From the human T2T-CHM13v2.0 reference genome, Homo sapiens: DNA of 64,000 bases. The stretch lies in assembly GCF_009914755.1 (NCBI RefSeq), contig NC_060933.1; one strand, written 5' to 3'. The notes under the pieces were generated by a model that searched no databases, was not told where the DNA came from, and saw only the letters and a program-made list of their open reading frames with translations. Positions 26,212 through 40,790 of this stretch are shown here, piece by piece; positions within the stretch are counted from its first letter, which is position 1, and each line of letters begins with the position of its first letter. Both the position numbers and the translations under genes were made by a program.

Positions 26212-26710
26212 GTCATCCTGATGTTGAACAGCCCTGTAAGTCCAGTGTCCGCACCTGGAGCCCAAATTCAGCTGTCAACCCACACACGGTTCCTCCAGCC
26301 TGCCCTGAGCCTCAAGGCTGCTACCTCGAGCTGGAGTTCCTCTACCCCTTGGTCCCTGAGTCTCTGACCATTTGGGTGACCTTTGTCTCCACTGACTGGG
26401 ACTCTAGTGGAGCTGTCAATGACATCAAACTGTTGGCTGTCAGTGGGAAGAACATCTCCCTGGGTCCTCAGAATGTCTTCTGTGATGTCCCACTGACCAT
26501 CAGACTCTGGGACGTGGGCGAGGAGGTGTATGGCATCCAAATCTACACGCTGGATGAGCACCTGGAGATCGATGCTGCCATGTTGACCTCCACTGCAGAC
26601 ACCCCACTCTGTCTACAGTGTAAGCCCCTGAAGTATAAGGTGGTCCGGGACCCTCCTCTCCAGATGGATGTGGCCTCCATCCTACATCTCAATAGGAAAT
26701 TCGTAGACAT
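26212..26710 (+). CDS. PAPPA: PAPPA exon 7
   Basis: Acceptor catctcttctgcatag|GT and donor GACAT|gtaagt. Encodes (G)HPDVEQPCKSSVRTWSPNSAVNPHTVPPACPEPQGCYLELEFLYPLVPESLTIWVTF...ILHLNRKFVD(M). Confidence 0.97.
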
Positions 26711-27341
26711 GTAAGTGCATTCTCTGAATAGGGAGTTTATTAAGTGGGTGGGTTGTGGAGGAACGTGAGGTGGGTCAGAGAGGCCTGGACAGGGGGAAGG
26801 TTCATCACAGTCAAGACTCACTCTATGGATTGTAACCCATCATTGGGTGTAGATTTGTCTTAACATGGCAGAGTTGATATCATGGGAAGAGCAATAGGGA
26901 AGGAACCATTAGACCTGGATTTAGTGACAAATCTGATGTGTGACCTTAAGCCTCATAAGCCTTTCTTAATCTTAGTCATTCCAATAGTAAATGAAGGAGG
27001 TTGGATGAGAGTAGCAGTGAGAAAATCATTTATTACTAATGAAAGTAGAAGAACTGAAGTTTGCTAATGATTTTCTTTTTATATTAAATTGAAGACAATT
27101 TATGCATTTTGATTGCTTTTTCAGTGGGTGAATCGGGGGTGAAGTTATAGTAGATTGGGTGGGGGTTGGGCACAGTCCTAGGTATTTGCACAAAAATTGT
27201 GCTGGAAAGTGAATATCAACTTTAACAGCACTTGTTTTTGTCTTATTTCCTGAGGCAGAACAGTGGTTCAAACCCATTTGATCCTTAGGGCCTTTGCAGC
27301 TTTAGGTTTCCGTAACTCTTTCTGGATGCTCACTGCTCTTA

Positions 27342-27679
<338 letters not shown>

Positions 27680-28789
27680 TTACTCACTTCTCAAGCCACC
27701 TCTCTATTACTTCTTCCCCAAACATCCTCAGAATTTCTGTCTTAGGAGGAAGACCATCTTATAATGAAGCCATTAGTGCTTTTCCTGTGTACTAGAAAAT
27801 GGGCTAAGGTCTTTGCATCTTTTACTCATTCCATCCTCTCCACAACCATAGCCCTATTATTCTTATTTTACAAAGAAGAAAACTGGGGCTTAGAGATGTG
27901 AAGTCACTTGTCCAAGATCACACAGTTAGGAAGCGGTGAAGGTAAGGATTGGAATTTCGTTCTGACTCCTAAGCCACTGCACTCAACTGGTGCTCAATTA
28001 AAGATGTGATTCCAACTTCTGTTTTAATCTACAAAAAGGATAGAGTCTTCGCCATCTAACTTGGGTGTCAATGGTTTCTATAGGCCTTTTGTGGCTCTTT
28101 ATTTGGTTCTAAAATGATGTAAGACAATCTCTGCTCTGTCTACTTGAAAATATTCACTAAGCCAATCATTAATGGGAACCAAGTTCTAGAGGAAACTTTT
28201 AATCTTTTTAAAGGGCAGAACCACTTTCAAACACTTTACCAGCACTTCCTTTTACATACTAGCAATTAATGTGCACATCACAGGCAAACTCTTGCTAATT
28301 CATTGAATCAGAGATGAGGAACAGCTGTTTAAGAACTCAGAAAGAGCACTTGGTTTGTGTTTGAGAATGTACTTAAAATTTAAAGGATAGTCTTGCCTTA
28401 AAAATATTCCATAACCCTGTCTCTTCCATCTCCTCACTTGTCTAGAGTGGTAGAGTTCTATAAATATGCTTCCACTTAAACTTTCTTTATAAAACAATGG
28501 AGGGAAGAAATAATAGATGTTTTAAAATCTCAGTTTAAACTCAGCTTTCCTTTTTTTGCCTCGAGTTACGAGCCTATGAGAGCTGCCATGGGTTGATAAG
28601 TTTGAAATGGTGAAAATTAAACTGAATAAATGAAAGAACCCTTAGTGATTTAGCTTAGTTCTATTCTCAGCAAAATCTCAGCTAAATCACTAACTGGCTC
28701 TACCCTCTTAGGTGAGTCACTTGTCCTTTCTAGTCTTCCGATGCCTCAACTTTGCATGCAGGAGGTTGCACTGGATTAATTCTTCTCTC

Positions 28790-29090
28790 TCTCTTTTTTT
28801 TTTTTTCTTTCCAAGACAGTCTTGCACTCTTGCCCAGGTTGGAGTGCAGTGGTGTGATCTTGGCTCGCTGCAACCTCCACCCCCCAGGTATAAGCAATTC
28901 TCCTGCCTCAGCCTCCTGAGTAGCTGGGATTACAGGCACGCACCACCACGCTGGGCTAATTTTTGTGTTTTTAGTAGAGACGGGGTTTCGCCAGGTTGGC
29001 CAGGCTGGTCTGAGAACTCCTGACCTCATGATCTGCCTACCTCAGCCTCCCAAAGTGCTGGGATTACAGGCATGAGCCACTGCACCTGGC
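28790..29090 (-). mobile_element. AluS, full length
   Basis: Poly-T and reverse Alu; TSD ta(a/g)ttcttctc at 28777-28787 and 29091-29101. Confidence 0.93.
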
Positions 29091-29458
29091 TAGTTCTTCT
29101 CAATTTGGATTGCACATTTAAAAACTGGGACATTTAAAAATTGCCTGGGTCTCACTTGTATCCCATCTCCACTCTCCCCCGAGATATTTATTTAATGGTT
29201 AAGAATAAGGCCTGACCATTAGAACTTTTAAAATCTCATAAGGTGATTATAATTTGCAACAAGTTTAAACAAGTTTAAAAACCAGTGCACTTAAACAAGT
29301 TCTCAAAGTGTGGCCCCAGACCAATGGCATCAGTATCACCTGGGAACTGAGAAAGGCCAGGCTCTCAGGCCCCAGTCCAGCCTAGTGAATCAGAAACTCT
29401 GAGTGCAGGGCCTCTCCAGGTAATTTGGATGCTAGTTAAAGTTTAATAGCCACTGCTC
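29091..29458. mobile_element. Adjacent MER5B-like and MER5A-like hAT MITEs
   Basis: ttctcaatttggattgcacatt...aggtgattataatttgcaac...aaaaccagtg, then ttctcaaagtgtggccccagacc...catcagtatcacctgggaact...aagtttaatagccactg. Confidence 0.75.
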
Positions 29459-32400
29459 TAAATTATCTCCAAGGCCAGGAATCTCCAAATTCTCTTTCAC
29501 TCATGCAACTACTTGCTCAACTCACAAATATGTAATGAGAACATTCTATATGCCAGATTCTGTACTGGAAACAGTATTAGGATGACTCAGACCAGTCCCT
29601 TTCTTGAAGGCACTCAAACTTAAGTGCTGAGCTCCTACCCACTTTGTAAAAGTGCCACGTACTGTGCCAAATCATCAGTAGTGAGGTCGACACTCTTATG
29701 CACAATTTGTTCTTTCATTCACTCTCCAAATATTTCTTTAGTCCCTACTATGTGTCAGGCACAAGGGCTAGACTGAGGCTTTCATCGGCCTTCCTCTTCG
29801 AATCTTTTGTGTTTCAAGGAGTTTATTGGAGATCTGGGCTGGGATGGGCTGGGCTTCCTGACCTGAATGTTCTCTGAGACTGAAAAAAGAGAAACACATC
29901 CTTCCAAATCAACCTACCATTTCAACTCCTTTATCTCTTGGTAATTTGAGTCCTGAACCCCACCACAAATACCTCTTTGTGTGTATATGTGTGTGTATGT
30001 GTATTTTGCTGCTTTCACATTTTTTCCATATCAAATAAATTGGCTCTTATACAAGTTCTATATAAAGACTGTTTTGGAGAAAAAGAGGAGAGGGAAAAAA
30101 TGCTTTCTTTTTCTTTCCTGACTCAACCCATTACATGATTCCCTTTGACCTTTGTCTTCATTTTTTTTCTCTCAACAAAAATATTTATTCTTTCTGTTAT
30201 CTACACTGGAGATAGTTTCCCAAGGTATGACAGTGATGAAGAGAGAGCCTTCTGTGCTTACCCCATGGAAACTTCTAGTAGACTGATTACTTTTGGCCAG
30301 GACCAGAAAGAAATGTGGAACATCTCCATCTCCCTTAAGTGGAAACCCCTCTATCGAATGAGAAATGACACTATCAGAAGAAAGGGTACCAGTGCCAACT
30401 CTGCTACAAACTCACCATATGACACAAAGACACACCGCATCACCTATTTGGACCTCAGTTTCCATATCTGTACAATGAGAGGCCAACACATTAAGCCCTT
30501 CTCTATGGGTAGACATAGAGAAGGTGTCTGGGGTAACAGGTGATTCACATACTTTTTTGTAGTAAAAGGAATTCAATAGGGATTATCTGTAAGAATCAGT
30601 ACCCAGAGGAAACCTCACTGGCTCTGTATGCCCTACTGAAATGTGGACCACAATAATGACAACCATTTACTAAGTATTTCCTCTGCTTTAAGTGCCTTAC
30701 AAACACTTCTGAGGTAGGTGAAAAAGCTTAAATTCAGAGAGTAATTAAACTAACCTCATACAGCTAGTAATGACATAGACAGGCCTCAAACTTAAGTCTA
30801 ATTCCAAATTCCACCTTCCTAACCACTACCCATACTACTTCCTACTACAATAATGTAAAGGCAGAATTTTAGAGCTGAGAAATGCATCCAATCTGGCCAA
30901 AGCTCTAAATATAGCAAGGGGAAGACAGGCTTACAAGTCAGAGGCCACTAGTCCACAATCAGTCCCTGTGGCCCACCCTTGATGTCTTGGTGTCCAATAA
31001 CACAAATTACACAGACAGTTCTTTATGCTTCTGGCTGGGAAGAAATAGCAGGGAAGCATCTTTTTCTCCACTTGGCTGTCAAGTGCTTCTACACTGAGCA
31101 CTGTGCTCCTTGGCCTATATGGAATCTTCAGATTTCTCCAAGAAGTAAATACTCTGGACAAAACTGAGAAAGCAAAGTATAAAGCAAACCAGGAACAGTG
31201 AACAGTAGCTCACTCTCATCTACTTATTGGTCTGTCTCATTCATCCATCACTTCATGCAACAAATATTCACTGGGTATCTATTAGGTGCTATGCACTATT
31301 TTAAGAAATGGTGATCCAGTGGTGCTGAAAACTCAAGGTGCTCACAGTCTATGGGAAAAGAGAGGGACAGGCAAGCAGTGTCATTGCAGTATAATAATAT
31401 TCTGATGGAAGAAACAGAAACACAGAGTCAGAGGTTTCTAACCCAAACTTGGATGAATTGAAGTCTAAACTTAGAACTAGAATATAAACTCCCCGAGGGC
31501 TAGATTTTTTTCCTGTTTTTCTCCTGGTGCATTCCAAGCACGTAGAACAATTATAGACACAAGGTAAGCACTGAGAAAATGTTCTTTAAATGGTTCTGGA
31601 ATGAAGAATGAGAAGGAATTTAGCATTTGAAGAGAAATGGAGAAGCCAAAATGTAGTAAGCTTGTACTATGTGTCAAGCACTAACTAGGGACTTTACATA
31701 GATAATCTCATTTGATCTAATCATCCCAACAACCCCACAATGTAGGTGGTCCTATCCCCAGATTATATATAGGGACTGGAAACTCAGAGAAGGAATGTGG
31801 ATTATAGTTTACAGCTATCAAGGGGCAAAGCTGGGGTCTGTAAGTAGATCTGTCAACTCCAAAGCTAATGCTCTTGATCATTCATTCTCTGATTGAACAA
31901 GTATGTTTGTTTATGCCTCTGTCTTCTTAGGATCCTCAGTTGAGAGCTAGAAATATTCTTAAAAGTCATCTCTCTCAACTGGCTTATTTGTGTATCCCAA
32001 TTTAGTCATCTATTAATTCTTCTCTCACATTCAGACCTGTAAAGCTTCCAACACAATCTATATCTATTTTATCTCACCTCCTTGGCATTCTCAATATAAT
32101 TCTTTGGGGAAATGAATAGACATAAGGAAAGGAGATGTTTATATGATCTGGGTGGACATTCTTGTGAGTCCAAATTTTACAAATCAGATCCAAATTTTTG
32201 CCTCTGAACTCCAAATGCTTTGAATACCCATCAATTAGAAACTTTAGTGCATTCATTAATTCACTTGCTCAGCAAGTATTTGTTGACTTCCAACATGAGC
32301 TTAACTACTTTCTAACCTCTAGGGATTCAATAATGAATACAGCAAGAAAAACTTTTTGTTTCATTGATTATTATCCTGTAGTTGGGAGAGATAAAAGAAG

Positions 32401-33569
32401 CATGTTATTATATAATATCCCAGTTGGAAAAGATTTAGTGATTTTTAGATAGGTGGTCAGGAAAGTCCTCTCTGATGAGATGACATTTGAACAGAAACCA
32501 GAAGTGTCCCCCAGTAACTTATAATGAAAGCTAGCTGAGCTGCCATCCCTGGGATCCCAGCCTGTTTGGAATATGAATTTCTTATAACATGATCCTTAGT
32601 CCTTGATCACAGTTTGTGTTGTATTATATTTAACAGTGCTTGTGGTTTTTCCTTCACCTGGTTCATATTCTTAAGTACAAAATTTATGACACTTAAATGA
32701 CACAATAGGGGCTCCATGGATACTTGTTGATCATGTGAAGAATAAGTCAGCAGTAGCACAAAGTGGGCTCTAAGAAGATGCGTCTCTTGCTTTCAGATCT
32801 TAGTTATAACATTGATATGTAATGTCATATTAAGCCTCAGAGGATTTGGAAAGTTTACCCCAAATCAGGGTCAGGTGAAGGCACAGGTGGCTCTTACATG
32901 CTGTTTCTATGGCTCTTGAGCTGAGTCACCACTTTCTTTCTTCCTTTTTTTTTCCTAAGCCTCATTTCTTTTTATAGCTCTTTCCGTTTCTCACCTTGTC
33001 ATCCATCCTTTGTTCTTGTATGTATTAATTTATTCATTCATTCATCCATCAACTAGTGAAAATCTAATATAATCCATGTTAAGTAATACTTGTCCCATTT
33101 AACAAATATTTATTAAATATCTATTCTGTGCTACGAATGCAGCCCTGATTAATACAGACATGATCTCTGGCCTCATGAGCACATGGTTCTAAATGAAAAA
33201 TATTATACTGCAGCATGAAAAGTGTTATGGTGTGAGGAGCACGGGGGGCAGGGGGGCTGTGAGAAAACATGGGAAGGGTGTCTAACTGAGCTTGAATAGG
33301 TAAGGAGGGCTTCTTGGAAGAAGTGACATGTAAGCTGAGACTTGAAGGATGCATAACAGCTGATCATTGAAGAAGTTCACCACAGTTCAAATGGTTGAAA
33401 CTAAGTGGATGTTCAGCCAAGATTGATAAATGAATGAAAGAATAAATGAAGGGAGGAAGGAACAAGCATACTGCATGTCAGAAGGGCATACTCAACCACA
33501 GATCAAATGTACAGCTTTGAGATGGAAATTGTATTAATTTGGGATATCTATCTACTTCAATTCTTAGAT

Positions 33570-34075
33570 ATACTTCAATCTTTTTAGCTGCTGTACAGTA
33601 TCCCACAGTATGAATGTGCTGCAGGTAATTTAGCCATACCCTTAATGGTGGGCATTTAGGTCACTTCACACATTTTTCTGCTGCAAGCAAATGTTGCAGT
33701 GAGCATTCTCGTACAAACATCCTTGCAGGCACATACATGCAAGCATTTTGCTAGGGTGAATACTGAGAAATTGCCGGTGATAAGCTATGGGCCTTTTTCA
33801 TTTTAATGGACACAACTATGACATTCTGGGCAGGTGAACTAGCTTCCACCCCACTAGCAGTGTGTGCCAAGACCTGCTATTTTGTATCATGACTGCTTAT
33901 TATTTGGCATAATGAAAGTGTTTTTTCTTTGCACTTTTTTACCCACTTTGATGGGAAAAATATGACTTCTCATTGACATTTCTGTTATGTGCTCTTAAGT
34001 AAGCATCTACTCAAATACATTTACTGGATAATTGCATTTCCTGTTCTATGACTTGTCTATTCATATCCTTAAGAT
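33570..34075 (-). mobile_element. Old L1ME-type fragment, antisense
   Basis: gctgtacagtatcccacagtatgaatgtg...tggtgggcatttaggt...gcagtgagcattctcgtac...gtctattcatatcctt. Confidence 0.7.
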
Positions 34076-35711
34076 GGGCCTCATCTTTAATCTCCTTCAC
34101 ACCTCTATTTCTCATTCGTTAAATTGGGATTTCAATGTCAGCCCTATTGCATGTCCATTAATGTTATCAGAATCCAGGGTGAAATAGGAAGTTAAGAGGG
34201 AAATAGCATTTATGCAGAAGTTACTCTGATTCTTCTTTTATGTATTGATATATTTATCAAATGCTGATTTAGTACAATCCCTGTGCTAAGAACCATGACA
34301 CATTCTGAAGATACAATAGGTAACAAAAACCAGCCCGGTTTCTGCTCTCAGCAGGGCTTAAATTTAGTCACTGTGTTAACCATCTTCACATTGCTAATAT
34401 GATTTGTAGCATTTACTACTGGTAGCACTAACATTACTGCTAACAATAACTACCATCTAGTGAAAACTTCATATATGCTCAGTACTTTTTTATAAGTCTA
34501 CCAATGGTGTTTAGGTATTAGCATGCCTGACTTCTTAGATGGAGAAGCTCAGACTATAAGAGATAAGGTCATTGATTTAAGGTCCCCCAGTTAATAGATG
34601 CTAAAGCCAAGTTTTATATCCCTTTGCCTGACCCCAAAGGGTGTGCCTGGCAAGATACAGAGCACAGTCATTGTCATAATGACTGACAAAGGACAAGATG
34701 GTATCTTGATCGATGGAGAAAATGAATACTAAAATTAGATCTTCTTATTTCCAAAAGCAATAGAATAAACACCAAAGAGAGGAGAAAGCAAAATTTTTTT
34801 ATTGTTTTTTTGAACATTTAAGCAGATGAGGAGGAGGAGGCTTAGGAAGTGTGGACATGGCCAAACCAGCATGATTTCCAGTAACCTGTTGCTGAAATGC
34901 ATGATTCAGGCTGGACCCCTTCCTGAGCAGGGCCTTCTCCCACGCCTGCCCAGCATGGTTTTGCCTACATTCTGATGTCCCACCCACCAGAAGAGATGAG
35001 CAGCATCAGTATAGAGAGTTGTTTTTCCAAGCCCAGAATGAATACCACTGCTCTTAGCTCAGGCCAGGGGAGCACATAGTCAGCACAATCTCACTCTGGT
35101 TCTGGAAACCAGGCATTATCCACCTATGACTCCCTCTCATCAGTCTTGGCCAAGTATTTCTCAGAATGAAATATGGGTTCTGGGAATATTAGGATAAGCA
35201 AAAGGGCTTAACAAAATCAACTGATCTCCAGGGTCATTAACAGCCATAGAAGTGCTATCTCCAAGTGCCTTCTCAATTTTGAAAGGGTGAAGGGCTCCTG
35301 TTTGGTGCTAATACCACCAAAATTGCTTATATAAACTTTTATAGATTACTCTAATGCACTACTAAACTTTGTAGTAAGTGAACCATTATAGGTTCTCTTC
35401 TACAGATGGGCAAACTGAGACCCATAGAAGTTAAAAATTGAACCGATAGTTCCATTGATAAATTTATTCATTTGTTTGTTTCTACATTTATTCACTCGTG
35501 CATTTAATAGGAGTGCCTACTGCATGTCAATCTTTGTACTGGGAGTGTAACTCTGAATCTTATAATCTGGTAGGAGAGCTGAATAATAGTACACACAAAA
35601 TTATAATTACAAACTGAAGAGTATTATTTCAAGAGGTTATAATAGAGTATACATCCCCCTTAAATTAAGAGAGAGTCTGTAGAAGATGAGTAAAGAGATA
35701 AGAAGGAGCCA

Positions 35712-36390
35712 GACTATTATAAAAAGATAAAAAATAACAGATGTTGGTAAGGGTGTGGAGAAAAGGGAACCCTTATACACTTCTGATGAAAATGTAAATT
35801 AGTACAACCTCTATGGAAAAGAGCATGGAGATTTTTCAAAGAACTACAAATAGAACTACTGTTTGATCCAGCAATCCCACTCCTGGGTATCTACCCAAAA
35901 GAAGATAAATCATTAGAAAGATACCTGCACCCATATGTTTATCACAGCACTGTTCACAATTGCAAAGATATGGAATCAACCTAAGCATCCATCAATGGAT
36001 GATGGGATAAAGAAAACGAGGTATATGTACACAATGGAATGTTACTCAGCCATTAAAAGGAGTGGAATCTTGTCGTTTGAAGCAGCATGGGTGGCACTGG
36101 AGGCTATTATCTTAAGTAAAACATCTCAGACATAGACAAATACCTCATATTCTCACTTAGAAGTGGGAGCTAAATAATGTGTACACATAGACATAGAGTA
36201 TGGAGTGACAGACAATATGGACACTCAGAAGGGTGGGGGAATGGAAGGGGGTGGATGATGGGCAATTACTTAAGGGGCACAATGTACATTATTCAGACCG
36301 TAGATACCCCCCAAACCCTGAATTCACTCTGCCATCTATGCATGTAATAAAATTATATTTGTACCCCATAAATTTATACAAATAAAAAAA
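35712..36390 (+). mobile_element. 5'-truncated L1 (L1MA/L1PB-type) inserted in an L2 relic
   Basis: aataacagatgttggtaagggtgtggagaaaagggaac...gatccagcaatcccactcctgggtatctaccc...gtaccccataaatttatacaaataaaaaaa; TSD agaagg(a/g)gccaga(c/t)tat at 35701-35717 and 36390-36406. Confidence 0.9.
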
Positions 36391-37805
36391 GAAGGGGCCA
36401 GATTATGAAGAGTTTGTGGCTCATGTTGAGTTTAGATTTATTCATTATGAAATAGAGGGACTAAACCAATCAGGTCTGAGATTTTACAATACTGCCCTGG
36501 TATTCTGTGAAGAAAGGATTGAGGAAGGGTGAGTGAATCCATTTAGGGTTGACTGCTGAAGTCCAAACCAAAGATGATGATTATTTGCATAGAAAAGTGA
36601 ATGAATTGGAGGTATGTTTTAAAGGTAGAACCAACAGGACTTGGTGATAGATTGGATTCAAGCAGTTTAGTAAGAAGTAGCTGTTTAATGATTCTCCAAC
36701 TTCTGGTTTGAATATCTGGAATGAGGGAAACGTTATTTCCTGAAATAGAGGAATATATTTTAATTTATTGTTTTGTTGGGCATGGGGTAGATCAAGAGTT
36801 CAGTCTTAGACATATTGTGTTTGAGACTCCCATGAGTCGTAAGAGAGGAAATGCTAAGAAGGCTGTTAAACACGTAGGACTGAAATTGCTCATGGCTGAA
36901 CTGGAACTATTGCCACCCATGTCTACTTACAACATGGTAAGAAACCTCTCCGCAAAGTAACAGAATCTTTTTCCATAACCATAAAATTACTATCTCATCC
37001 ACCATATTTTCTATCCCACTTATCTTTCAGAATCATTAAAAATAATCTGCTCAATCCTGATGCCATCCAAATAGAAAGAAAGCAATATTCTATATGGAAA
37101 ATTGTGTGTAGTTAACATAACCCTTCCTGGTTTAGAATGATTTTAAAAGGCTTTGAGAAGGTGTTTTAAATGTGTATTTGAATGAATTATCCAAAATGCA
37201 TTAGGCCTGTTCCCCATATAATGATAGGAAAAATGTAATAGGTCTTTACAATGGACCTGACACACTTCCCATTAATATATAATCTCAAACAGATATCCTA
37301 ATGTCCTCAACAGATTTTTCCCCCATTCTATAAAAGATGCTCAGATAAACTATGTAACGGGCCCACATACACCCAGCTGGTAAAATAATGGGTTTGATGA
37401 CTCTAAGCTAGGACTATTTGTGTTATTATACAAGTGTAATAATTATATCCATCATTTATTGGCTATGTACAAGGCATTGTGCTAAGTGCTTTAAAAAATT
37501 TTTCTTATTTAATCCTTTTAAAAAATTCTTTGAGCTTTTATTATTAGTTCCACTTTACAGCTGAGAAAACTAATGTTTAAGGACATTAAGAAACTTCCCT
37601 CTGGAAGAGTTAGAGGTGAGATTCTTAGCCACTTCAACCTTGTGCCTCTTATAAACATGCATGAATAAACTTGAGTGGAAAGAAACTTCCTGGCATGCAA
37701 GACTATTGGTTAGAATTGAGATGTTTCTCCTCAGAAATGATCAGAGTCTAGACATTGAAGTCAAGTTTGCTAAAAAGCAAGGTTATAGATAGAAAAGAAA
37801 ATGAA

Positions 37806-38112
37806 GGCCAAATGCGGTGGCTCATGCCTGTAATCCCAACAATTTGGGAGGCTGAGGTGGGAGGACTGCTTGAGCCAAAGAGTTCAAGACCAGCCTGGAC
37901 AGCATAGAAAGACCCCATCTTGACAAAATAACAATAATAATAATTTAGTCAGGTATAGTGATGTGCACCTGTGGTTCCAGTTACTCAGGAGGGTGAGGGA
38001 GGAGGATCACTTGAGGCTGGGAGGGAAAGGCTGCAGTGGTGAGCCATGATTGTACCACTGCACTCCAGCTTGGGCAACAGAGTGAGACCCTGTCTCCAAG
38101 AATAAAAAAAAG
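37806..38112 (+). mobile_element. AluJ
   Basis: gggaggactgcttgagcc...ggctgcagtggtgagccatgattgtaccactgc (J diagnostics); high divergence. Confidence 0.9.
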
Positions 38113-40104
38113 AGAGAGAGAAAATAAATGTTGTTACCTTGGGGAAGGAGATGATGGGTCTTGATCATCCAGCTGCACCACATTGATAGAGGAAATGTGT
38201 CTATATCTCTCAGCAGAAAAACAAACAGAGCAATTGTTATATGTCCAAATATTTCTATAGATGTCTATGGATTAATAGTTTCATGACATATTAATATCAA
38301 TTCTGAGAGGGAAAAAGAGGTCTGTGTGTATGCAAGGAATGCTAGTTTCAACTCTATTCAGGAGGTCTTGTTCTGCAGAACTTCACAGAACATGCTACTT
38401 TTCCTTTTAATTGTGAGGCTCCCAGAGGTTGCTGAAATGCTTTATGTAGTCTATTCTGACATTGTTTGAAAAAGGTACCCTGTTTTCTTATCACATATCA
38501 TATGACTAGCGTTACTGAGGAAGCTCCTTTGGAAAATGATGAGTTAGTGAAATCAGGTTGCAATGTGTGTCCTGGTGTCACCTACTACTTTGTTATTTTC
38601 TGTTCACTCTGGGGGTAGGTAGGATGGACTAGACTTGGTTGTGCTGCTCCAATTCCTGATTTTTAAGAAAACAAATAAATGAAGAGGAAAGAGAAGGAAA
38701 ATAACAGCTGTCAGAGCAATTACAGATGTGAGAAGAATGGAGGAATTTATCTCACACTGGGCATTGGCAAGAGGAATGGACAAAATCTATTCAGTCTGTG
38801 CTTGGAGACACTGAGAATCATGAGGGCAGGTCTTGGTGGGTTTATGTTGTGTCTGTTAAAACACAACCTCAGACACCACTTTAGAGATGCTGAATTTGGA
38901 ATCAAGAGATCTGACTCCCACACCAGCACCAGCCTTGCTGTGGAACAGCTTTCTTCCATTGTTTAAGCTTAAGTTCCTTCCCTTGGACAAAGTGGGTGAC
39001 TGTCCATATAGTCTAACAAGGAGTGGTGGGAAAAACTGATAAGATAATAGACTTGCAAGAACATGATGCAATCTAGTGAACTGTAAAGATTTAAATGTTC
39101 ATGATTCTTTCTATTGTTTGATTTTTCACTACGCTTGTTCTTGGCCAGAGCCATGATAGAGAGTATGTGTAAAAGGCAAACACTCTGACACATACAGACA
39201 CACACACATCAAGCAGTTTCCCGTAAACTCTACCAGGAGTTGCTATGCTTCAGTGTTGGGTTAGAAGAAGGAAAAGATAAATTGTACTTTAACCTTTGTA
39301 ACTGAGCTAAAGAAAAAATAAGAGAGAAAACACACCATGTGCTGGCCCTGGATCAGGAGACCTGGATTCTAGTACTGGTATCCTGAAATTTTGTTGTGTC
39401 CTTGATCAGGTGGGTCCCCAACTGTGGGCCCAAGACCCCTGTCTATAAAATAAAGGGGTAGGTCATAGCTCTGAAATTCTGTTCAGATTATCCTTTAGCT
39501 CTCACCTGCACTCAGTGCATCTAATTAAGTAAAGACGGAGGCAGCAGGTTACATGTCATGTTGTTAGTAAGTCTGAACTTTGAGTTTGGGGGCTGGCCAT
39601 CTAGATCTAAAGAAAGCCTCCAGGCACAGTGGGACTCTCAGGACTCCACCTAGACCCAGCCTCTCTCTTAGGACTTACAAAGCTCTTCCTTTGAGACAAT
39701 TTCAAAATGTTTTGGTGCATTTTTCCTGGATGGCATTTTAACTTGACACTGAGATATTAGAGGTGGGGGCTGTGTAATATCTGCCATGTTATTCTCTACC
39801 CCTAGCTTCTTGTGCAAGGCCAGACATCATGTAGATGGTCAATAAATACAGATAAATAAATGCATGCATGCATGAATAAATGGATCAGTAAACCCTGTGG
39901 TACATCAATAAGTGGTCAGAAAATCATGATAATACACATCATATCTGGTATATTGAAGGTCTTTCTTTTAACTTCTAAGGTGGATTAGTTACTAGAGGAT
40001 TGAAAGGACAAATGAGAATCTTACAGCATGGTCACTGCTCCACTTGGGGCCTCAGCTCTCTTATCCTTAAAGCAAAGGCATTGGGCCAGAAGGTGTAATT
40101 CTGT

Positions 40105-40790
40105 GTTTCATTCATTCAACAGGCAATTATTTAGCACTGTCTGTGTAACAGGTCCTATAGTAGGCAGTGAAGATAAACCAGTCAGTAAGGGACATACTAG
40201 CCTTTCAGGAGCTTAGTCTACTTAATGTGAAAGTAAACACATAAACAAGTGATATCTAACAGTGCAAAAGCTATTATGTAAAGGGAAGCACATGGGCTAA
40301 GAGCTCCTCACTCAGCTTCACAGGTTAGTGAGAATCTCCTGAAAGAGGCAGCAACTAAGCCAAGGCAAGAAAATTTAGCCAGGGAAGGAAAGTGAGACTG
40401 CTTGCTCAGGGTGGTGGCTGAGGGTAAAATTTCAAGAAGAGAGTTTGAGCAAAGAGGCCAGAGAAGTTGACAGGGGTTAGATCATGATGATCCCAGAGTT
40501 CATTGCTGTAAGGTCTGGACTTCATCCTGAGAGTGGTGATGAGCCATTGAGTGTCTGTAAGGTAAGAGAAGATCTTCATTAGATTTGGTTTTAGGACATC
40601 TTTTTGGCTGTGTGTGTATGTCTGGATAGAAGTAAGGATGGAGGCATAGATCAAAATGGTAAACGAGGAAAAGCAATGTTGCCAAAACTGAAGTAGATGA
40701 TGGCACTTGTCTATGGTGGTCAAGTGGAAATGCAGAGCACCGGGTGGGGCTGAGGGATATTAATGGGATAAAATACTTGGAAAACTAATC
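40105..40790 (-). mobile_element. L2 LINE relic
   Basis: ttcattcattcaacaggcaattatttagcac...tggacttcatcctgagagtggtgatgagccattgag...agatttggttttagg. Confidence 0.65.

Noticed and set aside
26268-26821. Antisense ORFs over exons 4, 5 and 7
   Set aside because: Shadow ORFs of GC-rich coding exons, with no promoter, splice or homology support.
35935-36135. ORF MFITALFTIAKIWNQPKHPS
   Set aside because: C-terminal remnant of L1 ORF2 in a 5'-truncated element, not an independent gene.
38230-38545. Possible ancient hAT MITE (MER113-like) and many other faint MIR/L2 fragments
   Set aside because: Too diverged to assign a family or boundaries by eye; needs RepeatMasker.
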